Shown: positions 1 to 13,916, numbered from the stretch's first letter. The stretch: DNA of 64,000 nucleotides from Octopus vulgaris (GCA_951406725.2 OX597820.1:78430001-78494000); one strand, 5' to 3'. Numbers and translations: made by a program. The notes: generated by a model from the sequence alone, not told the origin.

Positions 1-249
1 ACATCTTTAGTTATTGTTATGTTATTGTTCATGACTAGAGAGAGAGTGAGACATGATTTTCCTTGATATAAGTAATGTTTGAGTATTGTAGTACTAAAGT
101 AGAAGTTGGTTGTAATGTCTAATTCACGACTGTATTCGAGATTATTGTTTACAGGTGTGGTGTATGTAAGGTGTGAGGTGTTTAGGCCCTGTGCGGAGGA
201 TATTACTCAATGAAAGCATAACGACAACTGGGTGTAATATCATCTGTAT

Positions 250-965
250 CGGAGCATGTAACAGTCGGAGTGAACGAGATATAATTTATGTCCAGGAAGG
301 AGAATGTATGGAATCACTATCCAACACTAGAGTTTACCGGATTTCATAGAATGCTTTAGACAAAGATCCAGGGATGATATGTGCTACTATGATAACATCT
401 GACATGAATTTCTGATTCAAATCAGAGAGACAGATTATAGGAGATAGGTCTGCACAAAAGTTAAGGGTTTCTGGAGTTAATCATATCAAATGGCCTGTTG
501 GTAAGTCATCTCTCAATTATTGTCTCTCCGTGAGAAAGTGCTGTGGTGCGTCAAAAGGGAATTCTGTAGATTCCAGTTCGAATCAATATTCCTAAATGAA
601 AATCCACTTTTTTCTTTCCAAGTAAAACATTTTGGTAACAACATATATATTCATAAGTACATGTATATATACTTGGTAAGTATTGAAATCGAGTTATTCG
701 ATTACAATCCCTTAAAGGCGACCACCCAGCATGGCTGAAACAAATAAAATATATTTCTTTCACCAAATATTTCAAAGTAGCGAAGATAATTGCTTACAAT
801 TGTCATCAGTTGCTTTGAGATACCAGAAGTCAGAGTAATAACCAGGAAGCTGTTATAATCAAAGTAGTTCTTCTTCGGAAAGGCTACATTGAAAGGGGCG
901 GAGGGAATAACACCGCCGAGACCAGTTACATTTAGGAGGATGTAGGCGTTAACAAAAAGAAGCAC
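250..965 (-). pseudogene. Degenerate LINE reverse transcriptase fragment (CR1/L2/Jockey-like)
   Basis: ORF 702..965 reads PKKNYFDYNSFLVITLTSGISKQLMTIVSNYL, resembling the PKK...YRPISLTS..SK..E RT motif; downstream on the minus strand near 345-375 is SLD..SKAFYEI (LD.SKAFD motif), interrupted and frameshifted. Confidence 0.55.
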
Positions 966-1727
966 TCTAGTGGCGAATTAAAGTCTCCTATCTAATAGAG
1001 GTCATTTACTACCCTCGAGTGTTGCAGACGATGCTTATAAACAGTTTCAAAAAATTATATTAACATATGCAAAAGACTTGTATAGGAATCTTCTGGCGAT
1101 ATCTCAATCACTTCAGATATTTAAGTGCTCTTCTTTATATATTCATTATTATATAATACTTAGTTTCGCTATCATCTGCGACAGCTACTTTTTTGCAGTA
1201 TTGTAGATGGTGATTTAATAACCAATTCCGAAAAACTGTATTAACATTCACAAATATTATATCAATATTTTCTTCCGTCAATTCTCTCAGCCATTCCATA
1301 ACTGTAAGTGCGCTTCTTTAATCATTCATTATATAATACCAAGTTTTTTTCGTATCTAAGTAATGAAGTCGTTGTAGCTGTTAATGTGAATATTATGCAC
1401 AAGCATAATGTTCATCCAAGTCTGAAATATTGTCGAAAGCTAAATCGAACTAATAACGCTTAATGGACATCAGAAAACAATATTAGTACCCTTTTCTTGT
1501 CATTTCTCCGTATGTTAAAATTGCAAATCGATGTACAGCTTCATATAAAACTAAATAATGAGTCTTCAAAGTGTGACTAGAAATTGTTATATATAAGTTC
1601 CAGTCATGTCGACGGAGAAAATACTTTGGGGCATTGATTTTACTTCAAATTCTGCTGAGGTAAATTTAGCCCTCCATCATTCCGCATTTAATAAGATAAA
1701 ATCCAGTCAAACACTAAAATCTCCTTT

Positions 1728-1900
1728 GGAGGCGCATGGCTCAGCGGTTAGGGTGTTATACTGATGATTGAATAATTGTGGTTTCGAATCCTTGACTGGG
1801 TGACGTTGTGTTCTTGAGCAAAACATTTCATTTTGAGTGGGGACGGACCGGTGTCCCGGCCCTTATGAGTCGGAACGACTCGATAATGTAACTTTACTTT
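1728..1900 (+). mobile_element. tRNA-derived SINE (decayed)
   Basis: GGAGGCGCATGGCTCAGCGGTTAGG (A box) ... GGTTTCGAATCC (B box) ... GTGTTCTTGAGCAAAACA; same head as 3212-3540. Confidence 0.7.
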
Positions 1901-2704
1901 ACCTTTTGTAATCCCCCTTCATTTTGGTAAGATAGAATTGTGCGTCTGGTTTCTTTTTTATTGCCACAAGCATAAGGCGCAGCGATAGATATTTCAAAGG
2001 CAGATTACAAAACGCAGGGTCCAATTATTTTAACTGGCAACATGTCTACGCCTATGAGTTTATCGTTTGTACCTTTATGAATCCATTTTTGCAAGCGTAT
2101 TTTAACGTATTAGTGTGTGAGTGTGTGAGCATTAGTCTGTGTATATTTGTGTATTTGTTTGTCTGTGTGCATGTGCCTGTGTTCGCGTATATTTGATATT
2201 AGACCATGTCTTCATACTAGTTTTCAATGTTACTTGCCTACTAATTAGCTGATACGTCTTTTTTTGTAATATTTCTAGATAAATCAAACCTAAAATTATC
2301 AAAGTCATGTTCCAAGAAAGTTTCAAGGGTTTTTAATGTCATTATCAAAGAATTGTTACGTCAAAAATATAAATCAAAATTAACACATCACCTAAGAAAT
2401 ATGAAGATTAATTGAAAGACAAGAAAAATGATTACCTCCTCTTAATTACTATCTGGATAGATTTTGTGTTTCGATGACAGACTCTAAAACGATGATTAAC
2501 TGTTAAAAAAGTAAATAAAACGATTAGTAATGCATATAATTAGATATATAATCTCTTTATAATACAATGTATTAATATATAAAGTATAGGCTTGTCTGTG
2601 CGTGAGTGTATGTATAAGTGTGTGTATACGCGTGTGCATATGAGTGTGTACACGCATCGTGTGTATACGCATGTATATGAATATATATATATGTGTGTGT
2701 GTGT

Positions 2705-2753
<49 letters not shown>

Positions 2754-2943
2754 GAAGCCGAAAAGAGCTTCTCAAACTGTTACTCAGTGCTTCACATTAC
2801 TGTTCGTCGGACAGTTGCGATCATATTAAAACAAAGATATGATGAATATGTGTGTGCGTGCGTGTGTGCGCGTGTATGTGTGCGTGCGCGAGTATGTGTG
2901 TGTGTATGTGTGTGTGTGTGCGAGCGCGTGTGTGTTGTGTGTA

Positions 2944-3080
2944 CACAGAAGTGGCTCTGTGGTAAGAAGCTTGCCTCCAAGCCACATTGTTTCCGATTCT
3001 GTCCCACTAGGTGCAGACCCACTAATGGCTTGTGATTGAACTTGGTAGACAGAAACTGTGTTGAAGCCCATCGTACATAT
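2944..3080 (+). mobile_element. SINE family A copy (GTGGCT.TGTGGTAAGAAGCTTGC... GTAGAC.GAAACTG..GAAGCCC.TCGTA)
   Basis: Homologous to minus-strand copies at ~8145-8270 and ~19160-19320; tRNA-like head; tail runs into (TA)/(TG) microsatellite. Confidence 0.7.
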
Positions 3081-3211
3081 ATATATCTGTGTGTGCGTGT
3101 GTGTGTGTGAGTGAGTGCGTATGATTTTGTGTTTGTCCTCTGCATCACAACCGTAACTAGTACTTTTAGTGTTACCGTGACCAAGATATTTAGTAATAAG
3201 CGATACAATAA

Positions 3212-3540
3212 ATGTGGAGGCGCAATGGCCCAGTGGTTAGGACAGCGGACTCGCGGTCGGAGGATCGCGGTTTCGATTCCCAGACCGGGTGTCGTGTGTG
3301 TTTATTGAGCGAAAACACCTAAAGCTCCACGATGCTCCGGCAGGGGGGGGGGGTGCGACCCCTGTTGTATTCTTTCATCCCAAATTTCTCTCACTCTTCC
3401 TTCCTGTTTCTTGAGTAACACTGCGATGGACTGGCGTCCCGTCCAGCTGGGGGGAACACATACGCCATAGAAACCGGGGAACCGGGCCCATGGGCCTGAC
3501 TAGGCTTCAAAAGGGCGCATGAATGAAATAAAATAAATAC
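3212..3540 (+). mobile_element. tRNA-derived SINE with V-domain-like core
   Basis: A box TGGCCCAGTGGTTAGG, B box GGTTTCGATTCCC, core GCGATGGACTGGCGTCCCGTCCAG, A-rich tail; head almost identical to the minus copy ending at 33879. Confidence 0.8.
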
Positions 3541-3801
3541 CAGACATTAAAAAAAAACTCATAAGTACTGCTACTGAAATATTCGATTAAAGCCTTGAAG
3601 GTGGAGTTCGAGCAAAGCCGCAACCTAATGACTGAAAAATTAAAATATAAAGAGTAATATGGTTTTTAATTGGTTCGATTCATATTTTATTGACTCCGAG
3701 CCTCGGAGGAGTTTGAACTCAGATCGTAAAGATTGATGCAATGTCGCAAAGCACCTTGCCCGACGCGCTAGCGTATCTGCCAGCTCCAACTCTATGATAG
3801 G

Positions 3802-3921
3802 GAAGAAGAAAAAGAAGAAGAAGAAGAAGAAGAAGAAGAAGAAGAAGAAGAAGAAGAAGAAAAAGAAAAAGAAGAAGAAGAAGAAGAAGAAGAAGAAGAA
3901 GAAGAAGAAGAAGAAGAAGAA
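3802..3921 (+). repeat. (GAA)n microsatellite
   Basis: Directly visible; source of the poly-K and poly-L ORFs. Confidence 0.97.
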
Positions 3922-4753
3922 ATGCCATGATGCAGTACCAAGCAGTGGCTCTCGTGGCTTCTCTGATCTTAACTGATTTGAAGTGTTATCATGTACATTA
4001 TTTTGTCTTGGTATAAAAGGTGGGCTACAGCAAATATGCTGCTCAATACCTCAGATTTCCTTGTCAGTTGTTTGACCATAACCAGTTGAGCATGTCCCTT
4101 AGTGGCTGAAGATATGTGCATCTCTGATCACAAGCAGAAGTAATGGGAGAGCATCATAGCCATGGGTTGAGGAGAAGTCTTTGGGATTTGAATAAATCAC
4201 CTAGGGAAACATTGGCATTTCTTTTCAACATCCTTAAACAACCCTTATTCAGGGACCTTTTTGGGCGGGACGGGTTAAAAATCAATGATAAGTGTTTGCA
4301 GGTTTTATAGAGCAGGCTACATATTTTTTTAACACAGATCTTGAGTTCTAATCACGCCAAAAATGATTTTTTTTCCATGTCGTTATCAATTTAATCATTG
4401 AATCACGTATGTCATTCTATAGAAGGCAAATGAGTTTGTGCCGATTCGAAAATATCATTATCATTCTTACTAATTAAGGCGACACAATGCAGAACAGATA
4501 GAGTGTGAGGGAAAAATTCATTGTAGCATCTGTTCTCATCACATTTTGAGCTCAAATCCTGCCCGGGACAACTATATCTTTCATTGTTTCGGTGTAGATA
4601 AAAAAGAAAGTTCTACCCACGTCTCTGCTGTCGATAGTTCCGTTAAATTCCTTCTCAAAATCGTTGGCCTTGTATCCAACTCAGAAACTATTACTTATCT
4701 GCTATACTATATCAGCTATTTAAATCATTTTTAATTTCATTCTTTGAATTCTT

Positions 4754-4936
4754 GAGTACGCTTTAGCGGGTGCGATTTCATTTGTATGTAACGCTGGAAA
4801 ACATGATTCTATACATACCGCTGAAAAGAAACGATGTTTTTGTCAGTTAACGAGCTTTAAAAATCAATGCATGCCGCCCCAGTTTGCACCTTGCAGAGGC
4901 ATAATCATATAAAATGGCGCCCGCTAAAGCAAACTC
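4754..4936. mobile_element. Small MITE-like element with ~25-bp imperfect TIRs
   Basis: GAGTACGCTTTAGCGGGTGCGATTT at the left end vs AAATGGCGCCCGCTAAAGCAAACTC at the right end (near reverse complement). Confidence 0.5.
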
Positions 4937-7129
4937 GCTGGCTCAACGTCTTATTTCATGACTATAATTTGGAAATGCAGTATGGCTTGGCTGCCTAACC
5001 GACATCGATATGAAATTAGCTAGTAATTTCTTATGTACTACAAATCAGCTTTACTCGATGAATCATACGATTTTCAAGTATTCAGTCAAACAACTGCGAG
5101 CGACCCACATCTCTGTTTTTCTCTGCCTGTCTCCACCTAGATGTGAAGCGTATTGCTTAACAAGGAGCATTCATCAGACCACTCGTGCCTCTTTAATTGG
5201 TGCACCACTACGATCGCTCTTCTAAATCTCCTTCACATACACCTAAATCTCTTAAAATTAGATGAATATACACGACTATGTATTTTTAATACAAAACATC
5301 CGTAAAAAGAATTCGGAGGTCATGTTCTGAATATCGAGCGAAGAACGTAGGTTCGAAACACAAAAGTACTTGTAATATACTGGGGTTGACTATATTGTTT
5401 GTGCTTTAGAATTCGATTCACCATGCCATGTCGGTAAAATGCTAATACTGAATGGCTTTCATGTTTTTGTCAGTACATTATTTTGGGTGAGTTAGAAATG
5501 AGAATTTGTGATGTTCACACATTTCCTAAGGGCAGCGATCTTTTACAGGAAATGAACTTGCAAGCCTACTTTATATATTGTCCCCTATCATATGAACTGA
5601 AATTGCTTTTTTCTCTTTCCAGAGTTAATAAAATAAGTAACAGATGAGTATTGAAGTCAACCTATGTATATAAACTCGATATGACGACTGGAGCCTATGA
5701 AAGCTATCAGTGAATGTTGTAAAAACACAAAGAAATATATATTGGTATTCTTCTTATATAACATGTGTACAGGAACGAGAACATGGTTATGTTTTATAGT
5801 AAAGTTATATTGATTACAAAATGATTCAATAATTGATAAAGAATAATACCTATTGATTTTCGATTGATTTCAAACAGTTTACATACATTAGTGTCTAAAG
5901 ATAAAAGATGTGAGGAAATTAAATGCTGTTTTTATATTTTGGTGCATGATAATCATCAATGATAATTTTTATTAAAACTGAATCGAATAAAGTGAAATGT
6001 TTATACAGATGTGTACACAATAATAAATGTTCATGTATGTACCTATGTAAAAGTAACATTTATGTTTCCCTATAAACCAATGTTTGTGATAGTTCTTTTT
6101 TCCGGTGTGCACGTATGTGTGTGATCTGATGTAGTGCATGAGAGAAAGAATGCTTGCTTAACTGGAATTTCAAAGCAAATAGACGCCATTGCTTTCTGTT
6201 ACATTGATTTAATTTTTGTATATTTAAAAGCTTTGCACCTACAATGTTTGTATTTACGTGTGTATGTGTGCGAATGTGTGTACTTAAGCGTATATGTAAA
6301 TATGATACAAAATACACAAGTATATATGTATGTATATATATATATATATATATTAATCTATATATATGTATATGTATGTATGTATGTATGCATGTATGTA
6401 TGTATGTATGTATGTACGTATGTATGTACGTACCTACATACATACATACAAACGTACGTACGTTCGTATGTATGTATTTATGTATGTATGTATGTATAGG
6501 AGTTTGAGTATGTATAAACGCATTTATTATGGATGTATGTATACGTGAATATATATGATAGAAATATATCATTCATACATGGGTGTGCTTGTGTGTAAAG
6601 ACACACGCCCACACATATATGCGAACATTTAAGTAATTTTGATATTTGTGCGCATTCATTATATATGTTGTTTGTACGCACGTGTATGCGCATGCCCTTG
6701 CGTAGAATGGAGGTTTGACTATAAATAAGTGTACGAGCGAATACATACATACCTACATACATTCGTACTTACATATATACATACATATATGAGTGTGTGT
6801 GTGTATATAAGTATATATATATATGCGCATGTACATACGTATGTATATATGTATGTATATATTTGTGTGGGTGGGGGTGCGTGTGTATGTTTTATTATGT
6901 TTAATGGCTGTCACTCTATTTCGAGTAATGCCGACGCTGATTGTTTCCTGAAATATGAGCAATACGGATGCGGTTCTTCCGCTCTGCAAGAAAATTATAC
7001 GCATATATAATAAATGGTGCAAAGATGGACGCCTCTTTAGTATATTTCATGATATTGCTTTGCCGAACCTTGATTTTAGAACCTTCTTTTAGAATTGCCT
7101 CCTAACGCCTATTCTTTTCCGCACACGTG

Positions 7130-7480
7130 ATTTAGCCATATAATTCAAAGATAACAACTACCTTGGATGTGTGGTTTGTCTAATGAATTCTAAGGGCTTC
7201 CTTATTTAGATACACACGCCCGTCCTCGTTTCATGAGAAACTGGGCTGTGTACCTACACACTCAGACAAGTTCACATCAAGACCCTTACGAATATCTTCT
7301 TTCAGTTGTCCATGCTTGAAGCGATTTTGGTTAAATCCCCACCTCCCATCATACATTGCCCTTTTCCACGATAAACGATCTGGAATTAGGTTTTCCCAAA
7401 CATTTTCCAAGATTTTATTGCACTTCAGTATATTTTTGATGCAATCTTTATACTTTAATTTCGGATTGCGCACTGGACTT
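7130..7480 (-). pseudogene. RTE-clade LINE ORF C-terminal remnant
   Basis: RNPKLKYKDCIKNILK...WENLIPDRLSWKRAM matches the RTE GRPK.RYKD...WE.LA.DR..WR pattern, followed by a decayed C2H2-like GRVYLNKEALRIH. Confidence 0.7.
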
Positions 7481-7669
7481 CTATTCTAAGCTAAATCACT
7501 TCTCTTTGATGTAACACCTACGACTTTCATGTTCATGCTCCAGTAGATTAGCAGTTCATTAAAATAGACAGTTACCAGGCTTAAAAAAGAACAGAACAGT
7601 CGATTCATTCGACTAAAGTTCTTCAATCCAGTTCCTCAGCATGGTTACAGACTAACGACTGAAACAGAT

Positions 7670-7714
<45 letters not shown>

Positions 7715-7954
7715 GTTTTGGAATTTGGTTTGCAAGATTCTTTATGTCAGTTCGTGTGTTGAAGCATATTCTGTTGTGTCTGGGGAGAGTTATTTTTTTT
7801 TGTGCCTTATAATTTAACACAGTCACCGGTAAAATTTTTACTTATTCCTTAAAATTTTAGGAAAATAAAAATAAGGAATAAGTGGAAATTTTACCGGTGA
7901 GAGTGTTAAATTATAGGCCGCAAAAAGAAAATAACTCTCCCTAGACACAACGGA

Positions 7955-7998
<44 letters not shown>

Positions 7999-8144
7999 GC
8001 GCATGCGTATCCTGCAATTTCTTTCCATTCATGGAGCTAAGATCACTTTGGAAGGTTAATGAACAAATGGATTTAAGAACACTAACATACCGAAATGCAC
8101 ATAACCCAAAATGTAAGCAAATTTTAATAAGAAGCCATCAATCT

Positions 8145-8270
8145 ATATACACGGGCTTCTTTCAATTTCTATGTATGATAGTAGAAAACACGAAAGCTGC
8201 TACGCTATGGGACTGAACCCGGAGGCATTTCGTTAGGAAGCAAACCTTTTAACACACGGCCACGCCTGTA
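8145..8270 (-). mobile_element. SINE family A copy
   Basis: Reverse complement reads GGCGTGGCCGTGTGTTAAAAGGTTTGC...CCGGGTTCAGTCCCATAGCG; homologous to 2944-3080. Confidence 0.6.
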
Positions 8271-8307
8271 CATGTATATGATATGATATGATATATATAT
8301 ATGCGTA

Positions 8308-8423
<116 letters not shown>

Positions 8424-8792
8424 CAGGAAACCTGTAACCAGTCGCTGTAAATTTCTATTTTCTTTTACAATTATCATTCCTTTTATTTCTCATTCAATAA
8501 TATTCTAATGTTCAATGAAAGACCCTCATCAGTACCCCTCATCAGCGTATATATTTTCATCGTACGCCTTTAATTTTAATGGGCCCAATCTTTGATTTCT
8601 TTGTTATTTCCTTTCATATCTCTTTGCATTATTCACCATATTTTTTCAGTTGTCTAACCTTATACGGTATTTATTTGTTGTCTCCTGCTATTACTCGTTT
8701 CACTACTTTAGTTTATGCTATATCCGCAAAGAGAGAAAGAAGATAGCGATTAGCAGACGATCAAATAGTTTGACAGGCAGACATGTGGAGAT

Positions 8793-8888
<96 letters not shown>

Positions 8889-9284
8889 ACGCTGCATTTA
8901 TATTGGAGACTTGAGAAGATATATCTCATTCATTGCTACATACACAATGCAAATATATTTATTTAACAAAGCCATGGAATTGTAATTCTGCGTTGATATA
9001 TCTGGTATAAAGAGGAAATACGAAACAAAGACTCTATCTAAACTTATCAATATCTCGCAATCTATTTCCTTCGCCCTCGCATACATTTTTCTTCTTCTTC
9101 CCTCTTTGCTTATCTCTATATCTCCTCTTTATCTTTTTTGTCACTTTCGCTATCTCTCTCTGATCTCTGTACATACACACACACATACATACATACATAC
9201 ATACATACATGTATGTATGTATGTATGTGTGTGTGTGCGTGTGTTTGCGTTTGTATGTGTGTATATATATATGTATATATATAA

Positions 9285-9315
<31 letters not shown>

Positions 9316-9529
9316 TGTATGTATTGAATGTATATGAATATATTCCGAAAATACCTTTGTTCTGTTTTTTTCTTGATATTGAACAGATTTAATTCAATTT
9401 GTAATATCTGTTCCTCTTATACTTTCCTTTCAGTAGCAAATACCAAAAGCAAAATAATAGTTTTACTACTTTCCTATACAGAAAGCTGGAATTGGATGCA
9501 AAACTTGAGCAATCTCAAAGTACGCGTAC

Positions 9530-9571
<42 letters not shown>

Positions 9572-10429
9572 ATTATTAACGCATACAATGATTGTTTCTC
9601 CATCTCTCTTTCTATACACTATATATACATATAAAGGGTATCTATGTATGCTTGTATGTATGTATGTATTATCAATGGCTCGATGGATGGACTGATGGAT
9701 GGCGAACGGATGGATAGATGGGTGACTGTGTGTCTGTGTATGTGTGTTGTAGAACATCAAAATAACATTTCTGCTAAAACATCGAGATCCAACATATATG
9801 TAAAGGAAACATAATGTGAAAATAAACATATATTTTTGTCAGTTATCTTCTACAAATGAATTCCCAAAACCTAGTTACATAACAGAAGTTAGATATAATT
9901 TGTACATTAGGTTGCTTTTTTCTGTTCTTTTTTTTCTTTTTCTTTCTTTTTTTTTTTTACTTTGGCTTACAATAATAACTACTACAAGCTGTTAGTATCC
10001 CAGCATACAGATTGACGCATTGTTCTTTCATATCCCGTTAGCAGCCATTTTAATTCTCCTCCCCACTTCCGGCTCTCTACTTTCTGAATTCAAATTCCAC
10101 TGTGTTTGACCCTGGCTTTGCTCTTTTTATCTCCGAGTTCGATAAAAAAAAATATCAGTTGAGCACTGAATTTTATGTAAAACATGAAGTCATTTTAATC
10201 CTCCTCTCTTTGATTTCGTCTACCAACAGACATATTTGATGCTGTATTCATGAGTCTGAGATTATAGGTTCAAGCAGAGGATTCTTTGTGTGTTTTCTGA
10301 AAGTTTCTCTCTTTTAAAAGAAAGTGCAAGCCATGATTGTAGCAAAGACAGCAAGGACAGCTGTATTTAACCACATATTTCTCTGGATTGATTTCAAGAC
10401 ATGATAACTTACATATATTGATTTCAAAT

Positions 10430-10620
10430 TTTGGGACAAGGCCAGCAATTTCGAGGGAGGAGCTAAATCGATTACATCGACCTCCAGTGCCCAATTTTAT
10501 CGACTCCGAAAGGAGGAAAGGCAAAGTCCACCTCCACGGAACTTGAACTCAGAATCAATGACAGACGAAATGTGGCTAAGCATTTTGCCCGGCGCAGTAA
10601 AGATAGTACCACGTCGCCAC
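10430..10620 (-). mobile_element. SINE family B copy (GAGTTCAA.TTCCG..GAGGT.GACTTTGCCTTTC.TCCTTTCGG.GTCGATAAA)
   Basis: Homologous to 40690-40885 (+) and the tandem copies at 53280-53930 (-). Confidence 0.7.
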
Positions 10621-10635
10621 TTTCTATCTTATATA

Positions 10636-11472
10636 CGTGGCCTGATCAATAAGTATCCGGACTGTTGCTATGAAAAAGACGCTAAAGCACGCAGTTCAAA
10701 GCCGTTTGGCAAAGATTGACCTTGAATTCTGCTGAGTATGCGCACTAAGTTTTAATCTTCTATCTCACTTCCGCTGTTCACAGCAGTGCTTGGACGGAAG
10801 GTGTGTAGCGTGTGGTCGTCGCATTGACCACGACAGAGAAAGTTAAGCAGAGAATCTGCATCAAATTTTGCCAAAAGCTTCGTGATACCTGCTCAGAGAC
10901 CAAAGCAAAGTTTTCAAAACGAAAAACGTTTTCATCGTCCTCGCCTCAATCAAGGAGATCTTGTTCAACTGAAACCCGTGTGGCAGACATACGTTTCATA
11001 CCCAAATATTCAGTGATAAGGAACTGAACTGAACCGTAACTAATATGCACATCCTCTGATGACTCACAAATGGTGATTCGACGATTTTCCCTCACAGCTG
11101 CATGCATATCTGCGATGTTTTTCTCAGTTCTGCAGATCGCGGGTCTCCTAGAACTTTCACCAACATCGACATTTTTTTCCGCCATCTTCTGTGCGACTCG
11201 TCCACTCCTCTCCATACACTTTCTGCAAATTTGCGTAGGCTTCTAAGTAGGTATCGCCGTGACAACTTTCTCTGACATGGTCAATTTGACGATCACACGC
11301 TACACACATTCTTTCCAAGCACTGCTGTAAACAGCGGAAGTGAGCTAGAATGTTAAAACTTAGTACGCATGCACAGGAGAGTTCATAGTCAATGTGTGCA
11401 AGGCGGCTTCATTCTGCGTGCTTTCACTTCGTTACTATGCCAACAGCCCGGATATTTATTGATCAGACATCG
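10636..11472. mobile_element. Non-autonomous mariner derivative with ~210-bp inverted arms and TA target duplication
   Basis: TA|CGTGGCCTGATCAATAAGTATCCGG ... CCGGATATTTATTGATCAGACATCG|TA; plus arm encodes EKVKQRICIKFCQKL, minus arm encodes RENRRITICE...ISYGSVQFLITEYLGMKRMSA (mariner transposase N-terminal HTH region). Confidence 0.85.
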
Positions 11473-11795
11473 TATATTAACCTAATCATCATTGCATTTT
11501 GCATCTTACACGCCATAGATATGGCAAGCGATGTTGCTATGCTTTATACCATTATGTACAAAATTTCGTAAAATACAAATCTTTTGTCTCTTACCTACTT
11601 CAGTTATCAGACTGTGATTATGCTAGAGTAACGCCTTGAAACATTTTTAGTCAAATAAATTAACCGTAGTGTTTACTATATATGTACTTATCATTTCAAA
11701 CCTACTACTTATCTCTTTTCGCCAAACCACTAAGTTACGGCTGTCAACCAGATGTGGGTGGACAAACGCAGACACGAACACACACACATGTTTGT

Positions 11796-11830
<35 letters not shown>

Positions 11831-12273
11831 AAATGAAAAAAACGAAGAACAGACGCAAAAAAAACAACACGAGGACGTGGTACAAGTAAGGTATTAGCAG
11901 ACGCTCAACGAAGTTAAGAAATCTGGTTTAATGCTTCGAGCAGAGCTCTACTTCAGAAATAGAGGTAAGCCCAATAGAAAAGAAATACGGAGGAAGAAAA
12001 TCGCCATCGATTCATATGGACGGTCTTCCTTTAGTTTCCATTTTCCAAAATCACTCACAAGTCAGTCGTTGGTCAGCCCGAAGCTTTTGTAGAATACAGT
12101 TTTCCAAATTGTCACCCAGTGGGACAGAACCCTTAAGGAACCATATGTTGCAAAGCAATCTTCCTCCAATGCAGCCACCCAAGAAAATGAAACGATCTTT
12201 ATTTCATTATCTATTTTAGGATAACCTTTTCAAAAAGCTCTAACAAATAGCTTAACACAATAATATAATATAC

Positions 12274-12307
<34 letters not shown>

Positions 12308-12324
12308 GTACGTATGTATGTATG

Positions 12325-12387
<63 letters not shown>

Positions 12388-12701
12388 CAATATTAGGGAA
12401 TAAATCCAAACTTACAGGGAAAAATCAGATTTAGGATTGAATCCAATTTTATAGTAAAATATTATATTATATTAAATTAGAGATAAAACCACTATTAGGC
12501 AAATCATACAATGAAAAACTTAAGCTCAATACATAAGATTAATTAATTTATATTATTTAAATATATATAAAATTATTAAAATTAATTATCTTTTTTAATA
12601 ATTTTGATATATATTTAAATAATATAAATTAATTAATCTTATGTATTGGCTTAAGTTTTTCATTGAATGATTTGCCTAATAGTGGTTTTATCTCTAATTT
12701 A

Positions 12702-12743
<42 letters not shown>

Positions 12744-12959
12744 CAAATCAAATAGAAACAGTAAACACAACGGTTAATTGGGTTTACACGATGAATACGA
12801 CTATATTGGGCTGATTCTCTGTGAAAGTGTTTAGATGAAAAAACAGCAGTGACGTTCCGAACATGGGTCTTCGTCGAAAAGCGCAAAAAAGTACAGAGAA
12901 AAAGAAAAGGAGAAAGGATCGAATAGTTCGAGAAAAGCATGTACGTATATCATGACATG

Positions 12960-13916
12960 TCCTGGCATCTCTGTTGGGAGTAGAGCCTCATCTCTTTTAG
13001 CCTCTCTCAGTAGCTCATCTATTGCACCGATAGATATCGCACCAGTTTTATTTATGTGGTGACTTTAATAGCCTCGAGTTCGGTTGTTAGTTTCACTCTT
13101 TTTGTTGACCACAGTTAGGTTCAGTAATTTAGGTGATTGCAAAGAAATGTTCTTCATAGAAGTAGGACGATTCCTTATCCTTGATCCTGAATGATTTCAG
13201 AATCCAACCAACCACTTTCCAGTACAACGGGGACCACTCAGCAATAAGCTCATGGATGTTGTATCAATACTCACGTACATTCCTCGGACACGCATCGATT
13301 CTGCCTCTGGGACTGCACAACTCGCAGGCCATTTGTTTTCCGATTATGGACCGATAGTGGAGTATTTGAAACTTCTCAGCATTGAACCACATAGTATTTT
13401 CTTCATCCCACTTGTATATGGCATTCAGGTCTTTCTGAAATTGTAGGGTGTTGTCGAGGCAATTGGCCACTTGCGACACTTTAGTATCATTATCATAGCT
13501 GGTGAGTATGGCTGACTGTATGATTGAGAGCATGTCTTACAAGACCACCGCAAAAAGTAGTGGTTGCATTATAGTTCCCTGAGGCACACCGCTGAGAAAT
13601 GGTGTCACTTAAGAGAGAGCGCCAATGGTTGCAACCGGTCTCTGCTTTTGAAAATATCATGCATCAACTCTCTTAGTTTTCCAGCGATACAAATGTCACG
13701 CAGTTTGTGACATGTAATTCCATTGTCGACTTTGTCGAAGGTCTCGGCAAAGGCAAGATAAATCACATCCACATTTGAGCGGTTGTGTTCTTGTTTCAGT
13801 ACCCAGTCATTATGCTGCCGTAGCTGTGTGAGGCAGCTCCTCGCTGAACGGAAGCCATGTTGTGTGTTTGTGAGCAAGCTGTTTTCTTCGAGAAGTGTGA
13901 ACAGCGGGAAATCCAT
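12960..13916 (-). pseudogene. CR1/L2-like LINE reverse transcriptase, degenerate
   Basis: QHGFRSARSCLTQL, DVIYLAFAETFDKVD, SGVPQG-like motif near 13575-13595, SYDNDTKV (YADD-derived), FQKDLNAIYKW...WFNAEKFQILHY. Confidence 0.9.

Noticed and set aside
3212-3290. tRNA gene
   Set aside because: A and B boxes are present, but no clean cloverleaf or poly-T terminator; it continues into a SINE body repeated elsewhere.
3922-4278. Possible LINE 3' end (minus strand) with (CTT)n tail
   Set aside because: It looks like a dispersed repeat, but there is no second copy or protein motif in the window to support the call.
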